In this document: positions 50,865 to 61,356 of the stretch, one piece after another | Numbering within the stretch: position 1 is the first letter of the stretch | Layout: every line of letters starts with the position of its first letter | Virus record (IMG/VR): IMGVR_UViG_3300043438_002264 | Span: 32,001-96,000 of that record | Direction: 5' to 3' (one strand) | From: a virus | Length of the DNA stretch: 64,000 nt | Notes under the pieces: generated by a model | What the model was told of the DNA's origin: nothing | Database searches by the model: none | Seen by the model: only the letters and a program-made list of their open reading frames with translations | Translations under genes and position numbers: made by a program

Positions 50865-51169
50865 TACTTACCAAATTCCCTGGCAACTTCTTCTGGGGTT
50901 GCAATTCGAACATGGTTACGCTCTAGCCACTTTTTAGAATTTCCCTTAGTTACAATATTGTAACCTTTTAAAACTTTTCCTACACCTGGCCAAGAAACAT
51001 TCTTTGTAGAATGAATGGCTACCGTCTCTTTTTCATCGGTTTCTGGGGTGTTGCCAGTATCTGTTTTTCTTATTGAATTAGAGCCAATTACATCATTGCT
51101 GTCAGAAACAACTGATACATTTTTATTGGCTACTGGATCAGCAGAAGTAACGACATTATTTTCTTGCAT
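50864..51169 (-). CDS. Hypothetical protein (post-capsid)
   Basis: AGGAGG RBS; C-terminal VRIATPEEVA. Confidence 0.65.
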   Translation of the reverse strand: MQENNVVTSADPVANKNVSVVSDSNDVIGSNSIRKTDTGNTPETDEKETVAIHSTKNVSWPGVGKVLKGYNIVTKGNSKKWLERNHVRIATPEEVAREFGK

Positions 51170-51205
51170 TTAATAGCCTCCTAGGCTTATATTATAACAG
51201 ATATT

Positions 51206-51240
51206 AAAAGAGGGCAGGAGCCGAAACTCCTGCCCCCTCT
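51206..51240 (-). terminator. Intrinsic terminator after major capsid gene
   Basis: GGGCAGGAG-TTTCGG-CTCCTGCCC-TCTTTT. Confidence 0.85.
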
Positions 51241-51256
51241 AAAGGTTAGCTAAGAC

Positions 51257-52369
51257 TTAGGAGTCTGAGCCATCTGCGTCAGCGAACGCAATGGCGTCCT
51301 CTTCCTCCCACTGAATACCGAAACGTACGAATACGGTGTACTCAATGGTGTCCTTCTTTGGTACGTACTGACGGTTTACAGTGATGTCTCTCTGGAAACC
51401 CCATACACGGTTCTGAGGGAATGTAAGGTCTACATAACCTGCAGGGTAGTAAGGAACTTCCTGAACATCAATGCCTAGAACACGAGTTGTACGTGCTCCA
51501 CCGAATGTCTGGCCCTGTCCATCAAGGTAAGCCTGGGTGTTAGCCTGGGTGTTACCGTTCTTTCCAAGTGCCTCAGCAATTGCATCTGACAAGGTTCCGT
51601 TATTCTTAACGATTCCCTGGAATGCATCTGTACCAGCGTAGAACTTAAGGTTTGCCTTAAGTGCACGGTACTTACGTGGCAATGCAGTAATAATCTTCTG
51701 CATAACCTCTGGTGTCCATGCGTTGTCAGCTACTGTTACAACAGCTTCGTGTGCATCTCCATTGGTCTTGACCTTGTTAACAAATCCATTCATAATAGAT
51801 GTGAATGGGTTGCTTCCAGTGCCAGTACCGTTGATTGCTAGATCCTCAATGTCATTCGCAAAAGCGTTTGTCATCAAACGAACTAGGTGATCTTCAAGAG
51901 CACCACCTTCAACGTTGTCTTCTAGTGCTTCAGATGAAACTTCCCAGTCCAGACGAATCTTCTTTGTAGTAAGTTCGACCTTTGAGAATGTTGCACCTGT
52001 GTTTGTGTACTCTGCGTTAGCCTGGGCTGCTGCACGAATAACACGCTCTCCTACGTTAACTTTCTCAAGTTCCATAGAGTTAGCTCTCATCGTTACACGA
52101 CGACCATCCTTGGCGAGAACTGTAGCATCCCATACGTAGTCAATAAAACGACGTGCCTGTTCAGGGCGTAGGATACCACTTGCCGCATCACCCGAAGGAT
52201 TTACGGCGTTTGGACCAGTTGTTAGACCAAGTTCGGCAGTTGGAATGTTACCTAGTGTATTAGGACCAGGGTTGCTCACATTTCCAACACCTCCAGACGC
52301 AAATGCACCTTCGCCATTAACTTCGTTAGCACCAGCACCTGGGTAGTTTTTAATAATCTCTTCCGACAT
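51257..52369 (-). CDS. Major capsid protein (HK97 fold)
   Basis: GILRPEQARRFIDY, LTTKKIRLDWEVS.E.LEDN, FANDIEDLAING; AGGAGG RBS before MSEE; followed by terminator. Confidence 0.9.
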   Translation of the reverse strand: MSEEIIKNYPGAGANEVNGEGAFASGGVGNVSNPGPNTLGNIPTAELGLTTGPNAVNPSGDAASGILRPEQARRFIDYVWDATVLAKDGRRVTMRANSMELEKVNVGERVIRAAAQANAEYTNTGATFSKVELTTKKIRLDWEVSSEALEDNVEGGALEDHLVRLMTNAFANDIEDLAINGTGTGSNPFTSIMNGFVNKVKTNGDAHEAVVTVADNAWTPEVMQKIITALPRKYRALKANLKFYAGTDAFQGIVKNNGTLSDAIAEALGKNGNTQANTQAYLDGQGQTFGGARTTRVLGIDVQEVPYYPAGYVDLTFPQNRVWGFQRDITVNRQYVPKKDTIEYTVFVRFGIQWEEEDAIAFADADGSDS

Positions 52370-52394
52370 AATTGTCACCTCCTAGTGATTTTGT

Positions 52395-53714
52395 TTATCT
52401 AAATAGATCGGCAGTTTTGAGGAAACGTCCGCCCCATAGGGATTTCTCAATCTGTTCTGATTGAGCTTCCTGTACGATCTCGCCTAGATCGCCAGACTTG
52501 CGGAAAGCGGTGTCAGCCTCAACAGCGTCCACTCTCTTTCCAAACTCGTTAAACTGTCCCTTGGCTTCTGTTACCTCTGTTTTTACAGAATCAATTGACT
52601 TGCTTAGTGCAGATACCTGCTCGTGTAGAGCTTTTACAGTATTTGCTAGATCGCTAAAGGCTGATGTTAGAGTACCCTGAATCTCAGTAACTGCATCTGC
52701 AATTACCTGATTCGACTTAGATACCTCATCCACCTCTGGTGCAGCTTCTGCCTTCATTTCATCCTCAGACTTCATTTCTTCGTCTTCGTCCATGTCGTCA
52801 GACTTCTTATCTGGATCCATAGACTTCTCTACGTCATCAGAAGAAGCTTCTGCTGCATCTTCGGTTGGGGCATCTGCCTCTGGAGCGACCTGTGACTCTT
52901 CTACTACCTCATCAGACTTCTCAACGATGTCTGCTGTGATTGTTTCTTCATTCATAGGACTTGCCTCCTTCTTAATCTCAATTGTATTAATGCCTTTAGC
53001 ACTATCAACTAAGAACTTTATCATATCTGTTTTTTCGTTATCGTTCTTTTCAACGAAACCTATATTTTGCATTGGAGCATTTGATGTAGGGCTTACCTCA
53101 GAATCATTTTCTGACAACATGACTATGCCAGACTCTGCATCCCAGAAAACATTTTCAATGGGGGTATCTAAGCTTTCGCCCTTAATCATATCTACTCCGT
53201 CAACTTTTTCGACAGACAATACATTCGCAAACTGATTTGCTGGATTATCTACTAGAGACAATTCTACCAGATCATAGTCTTTAATAATGCGAATTTTTGA
53301 ATCAATTTTTTCATCATATCCGTCATCCCATTTGTTCATCTTTCCACCGATAGAAAAGCCAGACAGAGTTCCGTCTAGAACTTTCTCCCAAGTGTTCTGT
53401 GCACCCTTTGAGATGTATGTTGAAACATAGACTCCAGAATAAAACTTTTTAGCTTCTGGATCAAAATATTTATCTTCTTTAAAAGAAATCATTTTTCCAA
53501 CTGCTGTTGGCTGATGCATTTCTCTTATGTTCCCACGAAATTTAGCAAAAGCCTTTAGGCTTGCATCTGTGGTGACTATGTCAGCTTGCTTGTCTACGTT
53601 ATCAAGTGTAGCAAATCCAGAGACAACACGTCTCTCCTTATCCACTTTAGTGAACGGCATTGATAGGCGAACGTTGTCGCCCTCTGTGTCCCAATGGGCC
53701 TTTTGCATAGTCAT
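52395..53714 (-). CDS. Prohead protease (HK97-type) fused to acidic scaffold
   Basis: REMH, GFSIGG, ELSLVD.PAN; acidic linker and coiled-coil C-terminus. Confidence 0.88.
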   Translation of the reverse strand: MTMQKAHWDTEGDNVRLSMPFTKVDKERRVVSGFATLDNVDKQADIVTTDASLKAFAKFRGNIREMHQPTAVGKMISFKEDKYFDPEAKKFYSGVYVSTYISKGAQNTWEKVLDGTLSGFSIGGKMNKWDDGYDEKIDSKIRIIKDYDLVELSLVDNPANQFANVLSVEKVDGVDMIKGESLDTPIENVFWDAESGIVMLSENDSEVSPTSNAPMQNIGFVEKNDNEKTDMIKFLVDSAKGINTIEIKKEASPMNEETITADIVEKSDEVVEESQVAPEADAPTEDAAEASSDDVEKSMDPDKKSDDMDEDEEMKSEDEMKAEAAPEVDEVSKSNQVIADAVTEIQGTLTSAFSDLANTVKALHEQVSALSKSIDSVKTEVTEAKGQFNEFGKRVDAVEADTAFRKSGDLGEIVQEAQSEQIEKSLWGGRFLKTADLFR

Positions 53715-53762
53715 GTTATCTCAATTATAAGGGCTTTTTACAAAAAAGTTACAAAAATGTTA

Positions 53763-55394
53763 CTAATTTGAAGACCTGCCCTCGCCTGCTGGATTTCTTC
53801 CAGATATTGTGGCGGGGCTATCTGAAGAGTTATTTGCTCTTTCAGAGTCTCTTGATCTATTCTGAGAAGTATTAGCTCTTGTATCGGCAGACTGTCTTGG
53901 GGACATTTCAAATGGTTCGTCCCCGTCTGGACGCTGAGGAAGACCCAGCTTTTCACGTGCCTCATTTGGAACCATAATCTGAGTCTTTACGTAACGCTCC
54001 AAAATCTGGGACTGAGCAATTTCATCTGTAAGGGTTAGCTCATTAAACTTAAAGTCTAGAATATCTGTCTTTTCTTTAACAATCTTGCTAATAATTTTTT
54101 CTAGATTTGCCTGGGCTGGTCTTGCAACCTGCTCTTTGAACGTACGGTCTTGAGCAAGTGCTGCGGCAATCTGAGAAGAATCTCCTCCACCAATCTTGGA
54201 TAGAGGAACCTGATGTGCAACAAGAATATCATCACGGTTTCTAAGGCGGTAGTCATTAAACGATGCCTCCTGAACTCCTGCTTCAATTGGTTCCATCTTA
54301 AACTCTACCTTGTTTGTATCTGTGTCAGCTGGAAGCGGGATGTACAGTGTTCTGTGAGATTGTCCCTTTAGGCTAGTCTGTAAGAATCTAAACATCTTAT
54401 CTTCTGCGTCGGAAGATAGCTTTGCACCCTTTAGCGTTACAATGTATCTAGGAACACCCTTATTTCCAAAGTAGTCAATGTTGTATTGAGAAGCTAGCTG
54501 ATCTCCATGCAAAGAAGAGATGGCAGACATGATATCTGGCACCCCATAAAAAGTATTTAATGGTGAGTATTCTTTGTAATGAATAATCTCATTTGGTCTT
54601 GGGTCTCCAGTAATTGGATTTGGATTCTTTGCCCCGAAATTTCTAAAGTATACAACCTTTTGTCCAATAATCTGAACATAGCCGTCACGCAATCTACGCA
54701 CACGCATAGTGGTTGCTGGGATGTGTCCGATATATCCAATTTCTCCAGCAACTGTTCTTCCAATTTCAAGATAACCATTTCCAGTAGCCTGCACATCAGT
54801 ATAGAACTTTGTCATTACATTTGTGAATGAATCATCACTATTAAGACTCTCTAGCCATTCCTTTAGTTCTACCTTAGCTCTTTCAATACGCTTTCTTGCT
54901 TTCTCAACCGCAGAATCGCTACTAGATGCCTCTAGCTGCATAAGAGTTCTCTTAGAAACATGGAAGTCATAACCTAAACCAACAATGTTTTCTACCTTAG
55001 CATCAATTGCTGCGTGGTTAGCAAATGAGGTATCGTAGTAGTTTGCAAGCTCGTAAAGATTCCATGGTGGGGTAATAACATCAAACATTCCGTAGCCGTT
55101 GTGGAAAACGGAACCTGGGTTTATCTCTTTAGATGTTGATCCATTTATTCCAGTGTTTCTTGCTAGAGCACTATTTTGATACCCCTGATTTGTGGTATCT
55201 ATTCCAGTAAAGTCTAGGCTTTCGTAGGACTTGGCAATGCGATCAGAGCGTCTCTTAAAGTTCTTTTCTAAGCCAGAAAGGGTTTTTAAGTCTTCCCACT
55301 TCTTCGCAAATGGATCTTGCTTTTTAAAAACATTTTCTTCTTGCTCTAACTCTGGAGCAAAAATTTGAATTGGGTACTGATAATCGTCTGACAT
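53763..55394 (-). CDS. Portal protein
   Basis: TGNGYLE, HIPA.TMR, YGVPD, YF.N.GVP, PNEARE.LGL. Confidence 0.9.
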   Translation of the reverse strand: MSDDYQYPIQIFAPELEQEENVFKKQDPFAKKWEDLKTLSGLEKNFKRRSDRIAKSYESLDFTGIDTTNQGYQNSALARNTGINGSTSKEINPGSVFHNGYGMFDVITPPWNLYELANYYDTSFANHAAIDAKVENIVGLGYDFHVSKRTLMQLEASSSDSAVEKARKRIERAKVELKEWLESLNSDDSFTNVMTKFYTDVQATGNGYLEIGRTVAGEIGYIGHIPATTMRVRRLRDGYVQIIGQKVVYFRNFGAKNPNPITGDPRPNEIIHYKEYSPLNTFYGVPDIMSAISSLHGDQLASQYNIDYFGNKGVPRYIVTLKGAKLSSDAEDKMFRFLQTSLKGQSHRTLYIPLPADTDTNKVEFKMEPIEAGVQEASFNDYRLRNRDDILVAHQVPLSKIGGGDSSQIAAALAQDRTFKEQVARPAQANLEKIISKIVKEKTDILDFKFNELTLTDEIAQSQILERYVKTQIMVPNEAREKLGLPQRPDGDEPFEMSPRQSADTRANTSQNRSRDSERANNSSDSPATISGRNPAGEGRSSN

Positions 55395-55765
55395 TAGCCT
55401 TCATCTCCGTAAGCTTCTATGGTTTTCTTTGCAGCCATAACCGCACCAATATCATTTAGTGATGGGATTAGGCCCTGTTTCATGCGATCAATCTGTTCGC
55501 TATATTCTTCATCGCTGATTCGAGCTGAGCCAGGAAAGAATACTGGAGAACCGTTTGGCTCTCCGTGATAGGCTGCTGCCTGTTTTAGCTTGGCTATTTG
55601 GTTTTCATCACCTTTGTTTGCTGGAATGTTTAGAATATTTCCGCTGCCGTCAGTAAACCATTTACCGTTAGCTTTTTTCCAGACATAAACTCCCCAGGCA
55701 TACCCTGTTTGCTCAACTAATGTTAGCTTTGCTTTACCAAGTGCTTCTGCAAATTTGTCTTCCAT
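55394..55765 (-). CDS. Conserved hypothetical protein upstream of portal
   Basis: WGVYVW...DG.GN.LNIP...EQ.DRM.QGLIP. Confidence 0.65.
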   Translation of the reverse strand: MEDKFAEALGKAKLTLVEQTGYAWGVYVWKKANGKWFTDGSGNILNIPANKGDENQIAKLKQAAAYHGEPNGSPVFFPGSARISDEEYSEQIDRMKQGLIPSLNDIGAVMAAKKTIEAYGDEG

Positions 55766-55783
55766 AACCACCAGTATACCATA

Positions 55784-58700
55784 TTATACAGCAGAAACAA
55801 CCCTGTTTTGCCATCCAATGTTCTGATAGTTTGTGTATTCATAGTTATTAATCTTTAATGGGGTATCGTCATCAATAATTATCTTATTTGTTCCAGTATA
55901 AGTTTTATAAATGTCTGCTGGGTTTACCCCAAAATATGTAGATGAAGAGAAGACCAATACGCCGTTCCAGGTATAGTCTTCATTCCAGAAATCCCAGTCA
56001 TAAACGTCTATATTATCAAACTTAGCGGTATACCAAGACCTAAGAGTTTGTCGCTGAATTTCTTGTAAATTAGTAGACTGATACTGAGAGATGTTGTTAA
56101 TTAAAACTGATCCAGTTACCCTAAATCCTCCAACATAGGAGCTAAAATCTAGCACATTTGAAAAAGATATACCTAACACACCCCAGTCATTAAGAGTAAT
56201 TACTGGCTCTCTAACAATCCTTCCATTCCAATAAAATGCAATTCCGTTTTCAAATCTACCAGTTTTAGCATTAATTCCATAAATTCTTGCACGGCTTCCA
56301 GAGGTGTCATTAGCAACTATAAAGAATTTTATGTAAGTATCTTTGCTTTCAATTTCAAAGATTTGCTCTGGAGTTGTTGGGAATCTTGCTTGACCATATC
56401 TAATAAATGCTTGAAGAGCAATTACTTTATAATTTTCTGCTAAGTTTTGATTAATAGGAATTGAAAGCCCACGGTTTACTAATGGGTCATAATTTCCAAC
56501 TTTCTCAATGCCGCTGCGTTTTGTGAGATATAAGTATGGAGTGCTTCCTTTATAGATTCTAAATGGGTTTTTAGATTTATAGTCAAAGTAAGAGCCGTAC
56601 TTTAAGTATGGAAATATAGATGTTCCAAATCTTGTTCCGACGGGATTAGAAGTTCTTTCATTAAAGGCTTGTGAAGCATACTGCATTTTCTTTACAACTA
56701 ATGGGTTGGAAATAATGCCATCAATACTCCACTCTAAGTGTGTAACAATAGAGACATCTGCTAACTTAATATTTTTTGGTGGATAGATTATTGTTCCATC
56801 TACAACCTCATACTTGGTAGTTAACCATTCATCTCCAGGACTTACTACGTTATTCTTGGGGGCAAGAGCTTTAGTAAAATAAGAGTTTTTTGCAGATGTA
56901 TTAGTTTTTAAATATTGAAATGAAACATATGATTTAACAAGGCTGCTGTCAGTATTATAATAATTACCAGTAAAGTTTTCTAATGCTGGATAATCTAAGT
57001 TAAACTGAATAAAGTCAAGATCGTAATACTTCTTATCAAAAACATCTGAAACATATTGTGCAAAATATGTTAATGGCAAGTAATCTTCCCAGTATCCATC
57101 TATGGCAATGTCCATAAACATCGACTCAAAACTTATCTTTGGAATGAGTGTGTAGCTACCAATAAAGCTATCTATAAGGTCAAAGCTAAGTTGGCTGGCA
57201 AATGAGGTTGGAGAACCGCCATCAAGCTCTTCAGTATATGCTGGGCTATTGCTAAAATATTCACTTCCCGCATCGTAAGCTATTTCTGCTGGATAATCTT
57301 CAAATACATCCTCATAATTATAATACGTAAGCAAGCCTGAATTATCAAATAAAGCTGAAATTTTTTCTAAATTTGTCTGTGTACAAAATCCAAATTTATA
57401 AATTTTTCCAGAAAATGTATTTTCAAAAGTTGCATCTCCTCCGATTGTTAAAGATAGGTTTTGCTTATTATTAAAAAATGAGGTAGCAGATTGTCCAAAG
57501 TATTTAGAGAACTTATCTATGTCAACTCCAACGGCAAGGCTTTCGTTTGCTAAAACCATTGACTCTGAATATATCGCCGAAATAGTTCCTGCAAAACTAA
57601 GGCTGTAATATAAAACATTGTTCTGAATATAGCATTCTAAATATGTGTCTTTCCTAGTTTTATCGTTTATTTTAAACAATATTTGTTTTGATGAGCTAAG
57701 GGATCCTGGCTTAAATACCCCAAAAAACCCTTTTAGATTTTCTTTAATAATGTTTATATCTTCAAATAAAAGATATCCATCTTTTCCAGTAAGCCCAATA
57801 AAAGAATCTCCCAGCTGATCGTCGTATAACTCCTCATACCAGACTTTTTGAGTCGTACCATCTTCAAATATTACCTTTGGTAGTTTATATTCTGGAACTG
57901 AGAGTGCCTCATCTTTTACTAACAGGTTTTCTACAATTGCTTGATTCCAACGGCCAATGTCTGGGTAGCTATAGTTGCTTGTATAGTCAGCAAAAGCATA
58001 GTCTATAAGAACAGAGGTTCCTCCATATGCACTGTTTGCATTTTCTGGGTATTCTACCGCCTGGCCATAAGCAAAGCGTCTTTTGGCAACAATAGCTGGA
58101 ACCAAGTATGGGTATATTGCAACACAATCAATATCTAAAAATGGAACATTCTCAGATGCATAAAATCCTAGCCAATCATTGCTTTTTGTTGTTCCGCTTT
58201 GAATAATTGTTTCTGATGCTAAAGCAACATCTGAAGTAGAAAAAGAAACTTCTATTGCCTGTTCTCCATTTATCAATAATGAAGCAGTATTTTCAGAAAT
58301 TTTAAAGTCTAAAAGCATTGGCCTGTACCACTCTGTAATCGGGTGTGCACCAACAGAATCTCCAACCTTAATCTTTATAAATGGACCATCTACGTAAATT
58401 CCATCGGCTGAGCCAATTGGCCCAAAGATCCTAGTTGGAGAAGTTGCCTTTGAGTCAATCCTTGCCCACATCTCAGCAGTGTATTCCCTATATCTTCCAG
58501 CCTCATTTAAAAATCCTTGTCCAGGAATTATCACCGATGGATCTGATCCATTTGGTAAAATTCTTGTAACGTTTGATGAACCATAAACAATTGGTACCCC
58601 AGAATTTTTTGCAGTCAAATATCCGTTATTAATAAAGTAATACCCGTCTAAATCTTGTAAGCCATATGATTTTGCAGGGATTGACAAGTAGCTAAATGGA

Positions 58701-59344
58701 ACATTGGATGGTAGGGTTTCTCCAAAAAGTCCAGGGGATGTTGCTAAAAATTCTTCTGACCACTGTCCAAAAGTAACTCCATTAACATAAAACTTATACT
58801 CATCTGGCAGGCCACCATTATTAACATGATTAATTTTTATTACCATCTTTATAGGATTTATAGTTTGGGGGATGCTAAAGGTTTCTGAAATTAAGCTCCA
58901 CCTATTGCTAATTTGAGAATCAAATTTTCTAAGAACTGGACTGGCTAACCCATCATAGGTATAGCCAATTTCATAAGAAAGCACAAATGGATTTGCAGCA
59001 AACATATAGGCACTAACAGAAAAAGTCTCTAAGTCTGCATTCATCAAAGCTGGGCTAATAATTGCAGAGCTAGTTAAAGTTATTTGATTAGTCTGCTCTA
59101 GCCCAATAACTGCTTTTACAGTGGTGGTTGAGGTAGTTGATAGTGGTTCATTCAGTATGGCCAGGTTTTGTTCTTTTGTACCGTTGGAAATTGTCCAAGC
59201 ATTGGCATCTGGAGAAGATCTATAGATATCTCTTTTTGCATCAGAAATCAGGGAAATATAGTCAGCTTGATCATCTAACGCCCACATCGCAATAGGATGC
59301 TCGCTAAAAATCTTTTCTGCGTACAGGTTTGAAGGATTGGGCAT
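55784..59344 (-). CDS. Large virion structural protein (LamG/concanavalin-like domains)
   Basis: 1186 aa, beta-rich; HPIAMWALDD, YTAEMW LamG-like motifs. Confidence 0.6.
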   Translation of the reverse strand: MPNPSNLYAEKIFSEHPIAMWALDDQADYISLISDAKRDIYRSSPDANAWTISNGTKEQNLAILNEPLSTTSTTTVKAVIGLEQTNQITLTSSAIISPALMNADLETFSVSAYMFAANPFVLSYEIGYTYDGLASPVLRKFDSQISNRWSLISETFSIPQTINPIKMVIKINHVNNGGLPDEYKFYVNGVTFGQWSEEFLATSPGLFGETLPSNVPFSYLSIPAKSYGLQDLDGYYFINNGYLTAKNSGVPIVYGSSNVTRILPNGSDPSVIIPGQGFLNEAGRYREYTAEMWARIDSKATSPTRIFGPIGSADGIYVDGPFIKIKVGDSVGAHPITEWYRPMLLDFKISENTASLLINGEQAIEVSFSTSDVALASETIIQSGTTKSNDWLGFYASENVPFLDIDCVAIYPYLVPAIVAKRRFAYGQAVEYPENANSAYGGTSVLIDYAFADYTSNYSYPDIGRWNQAIVENLLVKDEALSVPEYKLPKVIFEDGTTQKVWYEELYDDQLGDSFIGLTGKDGYLLFEDINIIKENLKGFFGVFKPGSLSSSKQILFKINDKTRKDTYLECYIQNNVLYYSLSFAGTISAIYSESMVLANESLAVGVDIDKFSKYFGQSATSFFNNKQNLSLTIGGDATFENTFSGKIYKFGFCTQTNLEKISALFDNSGLLTYYNYEDVFEDYPAEIAYDAGSEYFSNSPAYTEELDGGSPTSFASQLSFDLIDSFIGSYTLIPKISFESMFMDIAIDGYWEDYLPLTYFAQYVSDVFDKKYYDLDFIQFNLDYPALENFTGNYYNTDSSLVKSYVSFQYLKTNTSAKNSYFTKALAPKNNVVSPGDEWLTTKYEVVDGTIIYPPKNIKLADVSIVTHLEWSIDGIISNPLVVKKMQYASQAFNERTSNPVGTRFGTSIFPYLKYGSYFDYKSKNPFRIYKGSTPYLYLTKRSGIEKVGNYDPLVNRGLSIPINQNLAENYKVIALQAFIRYGQARFPTTPEQIFEIESKDTYIKFFIVANDTSGSRARIYGINAKTGRFENGIAFYWNGRIVREPVITLNDWGVLGISFSNVLDFSSYVGGFRVTGSVLINNISQYQSTNLQEIQRQTLRSWYTAKFDNIDVYDWDFWNEDYTWNGVLVFSSSTYFGVNPADIYKTYTGTNKIIIDDDTPLKINNYEYTNYQNIGWQNRVVSAV

Positions 59345-59348
59345 ATGT

Positions 59349-59364
59349 CTATTTTAACACATTA
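59349..59364 (-). promoter_or_regulatory. Leaderless promoter TGTGTTAAAAT; identical 16-mer also at 60736-60751
   Basis: CTATTTTAACACATTA on plus strand at both sites; TAAAAT lies 6 nt before ATG in each. Confidence 0.6.
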
Positions 59365-59412
59365 GAAGATTGTTTTTATTAACATGGATTGCTTTTATCA
59401 GAGAGCTAAAGA

Positions 59413-59868
59413 TTAGCATCTGACGCATTCCGCCCACATGCCACAGCTTCCGTCTGCATAGGTAGTACAAATAAACCCTCCAGTACATGAAGGCTGCTGA
59501 TATAAGATGGTGTATAAAGATGGGCAGGGTGCAGGTGCAAAGCTGAATGGTGCAAAAGAAAATGTTGTTGTTATTTGAACAGAATACGGAGACCAATCTC
59601 CTAAGCCAACTGCATTTTGTGCACGTACACGATATTTCTGGCCAGTTCCAGCTTCTTGCGATACAATAGCAGATGTGCTTACCGTTGTTCCACTCTTGCC
59701 GTCATCACTTTCCCAATAATAAAGTAAAATTGGGCTTCCTCCATTATTTGGAGCAACCCAGCTAATGTTATCTTGGTTAGCATTTGGTGAGGATACAGAT
59801 GGGGCAGATGGGGCGGCTGGGACCGTTAGACCCAATGATCCAACAAGCCCGCCTAAAATTCCGCCCAT
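59413..59868 (-). CDS. FN3-domain protein with FSFAPFSFAP motif and six-Cys C-terminal tail
   Basis: SWVAP.NGGSPI..Y, YRVRAQNAVG.G.WS FN3 signature. Confidence 0.75.
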   Translation of the reverse strand: MGGILGGLVGSLGLTVPAAPSAPSVSSPNANQDNISWVAPNNGGSPILLYYWESDDGKSGTTVSTSAIVSQEAGTGQKYRVRAQNAVGLGDWSPYSVQITTTFSFAPFSFAPAPCPSLYTILYQQPSCTGGFICTTYADGSCGMWAECVRC

Positions 59869-60731
59869 TAGGTTAGTCCACTACCAGAAACTATCCACGT
59901 AGTTGATTCTACTTTTACAGCTGTTGCTAGTCCGTATGCGGCAAGAGACCTAGTTCCTGTAAGGGAACTTCCAGCAAGCCTAAGGGTGTCAGTTGTAATT
60001 GCAATAGAGCTGGTTACGTTTCCATTTATAATAACAATAGCTGTTCCAATTTCAAACGGTACTGAAGAGTTAGCTGGGATTGTAATAGTTTGTGAAGAAC
60101 CAGTTACATAAATATGTTCACCTGCGTGAGCTTTACTTAAGGTTAATCCGCCAGAAGCAAGAATATTTTGTGGCATTCCAATATAACCAACTGATGATGC
60201 CGTGTTGGTGTTTGCAGATGGTTCAGCTGTCAAAAGACCAGACTTTGCATTTAACTGAGTTTGAATTGCAGAGGTTACGCCATCTACATAGTTAAGCTCT
60301 GTTGCTGTTGCACTAAGGGCTACATCCTCATTAATCTTTGGCGAGGTAAGTGTTTTGTTGGTAAAAGTCTCTGTTTTAGATGCAGTTGATTTATCATTTA
60401 ACTGAGTCTGTATTGAAGATGTTACCCCGTCCAAATACCCAATTTCAGTATCGGATACGTTGGTAACTTTGTCTTGCTTTGTTGATAGATCTACAGTTGC
60501 CCAGCTAGCAGCTGTTCCATCAGTAGTTAAAAACTTGCCAGAATTGCTTGTTTGAGTTGGGAGTGCTTGTTCAGAAATTGATTTTAAGGAATTCCAGGCG
60601 GTAGCCCCATCGCCTATCTTAAAAATCTTTGTATCATAAGCAAATCCAATTTCGCCAGCAGCTAAAACGGTATTTGCGGTAGACCATTGGCTGGCAGTAC
60701 CACGTCTTTGAAGCATTCTGTATAGGGTCAT
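59868..60731 (-). CDS. Tail-fibre-like protein (Mtd-N/hyaluronidase-N type start, internal repeats)
   Basis: QRRGTASQW...N.VLAAGEIG...KIGDG.TAWNSL; two TE(I/L).Y(L/V)DGVTS.IQTQLN repeats; C-terminal TIP.N.SV.F.IGT...W.VSG domain. Confidence 0.75.
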   Translation of the reverse strand: MTLYRMLQRRGTASQWSTANTVLAAGEIGFAYDTKIFKIGDGATAWNSLKSISEQALPTQTSNSGKFLTTDGTAASWATVDLSTKQDKVTNVSDTEIGYLDGVTSSIQTQLNDKSTASKTETFTNKTLTSPKINEDVALSATATELNYVDGVTSAIQTQLNAKSGLLTAEPSANTNTASSVGYIGMPQNILASGGLTLSKAHAGEHIYVTGSSQTITIPANSSVPFEIGTAIVIINGNVTSSIAITTDTLRLAGSSLTGTRSLAAYGLATAVKVESTTWIVSGSGLT

Positions 60732-60756
60732 GTTACTATTTTAACACATTAAAAGA

Positions 60757-61356
60757 TTAAAATCCTTTTATTTCCCAGTCATCCCAATTTGTGGCTTCGT
60801 AGTCTACCCCAGGCATCCAGGCTTTTCCAACCTTACCTACCCAGGCTTCCGAAAGAAATAGGGGGCTATCTTCAATTGTGTTAATTCTATATCTATTTTC
60901 TTCATTTTCAACAAAAAAGATTAAGTCGCCTGATTCTAAATTAAAAGTTTTATCCCATCCTGGAAAGCTAATAGATCCTCCATTAAAGTCATCGTTCCAA
61001 TAAATGTAGGATTTATAGGTTCCTTCTGGCTTTTCTGGGTCAAACTGTGGGCCTAGGCAAGTGCCTGGCTTATACCTTGCAATATAGTGTTTTGAAAACA
61101 TTGGGGGATGGTATTCATCATTTTCTATACTCTGAACGTTCTCGTAATATCCCTTAGAGTATTTTGAAAAAATTTCTAATATATCATCTGGCATTTCTCC
61201 ACGAGTATGCAAATCAAAAACAGCATTGTTTTTTTCAAAAAGCTCATTGTGAAGCGGTACGTGATCTTCTTTTGTATTAAACTTAATTGACTTAATGTAA
61301 TCCTGAACAATTTTTACATCTTCTGGAGATATAAACTGTTTTACTAAATGTATCAT
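60757..61356 (-). CDS. 2OG-Fe(II) oxygenase-fold protein with degenerate iron ligands
   Basis: IYWNDDFNGGSISFP...GDLIFF is retained, but HxD reads QFD and the distal His region reads NRYRI. Confidence 0.7.
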   Translation of the reverse strand: MIHLVKQFISPEDVKIVQDYIKSIKFNTKEDHVPLHNELFEKNNAVFDLHTRGEMPDDILEIFSKYSKGYYENVQSIENDEYHPPMFSKHYIARYKPGTCLGPQFDPEKPEGTYKSYIYWNDDFNGGSISFPGWDKTFNLESGDLIFFVENEENRYRINTIEDSPLFLSEAWVGKVGKAWMPGVDYEATNWDDWEIKGF

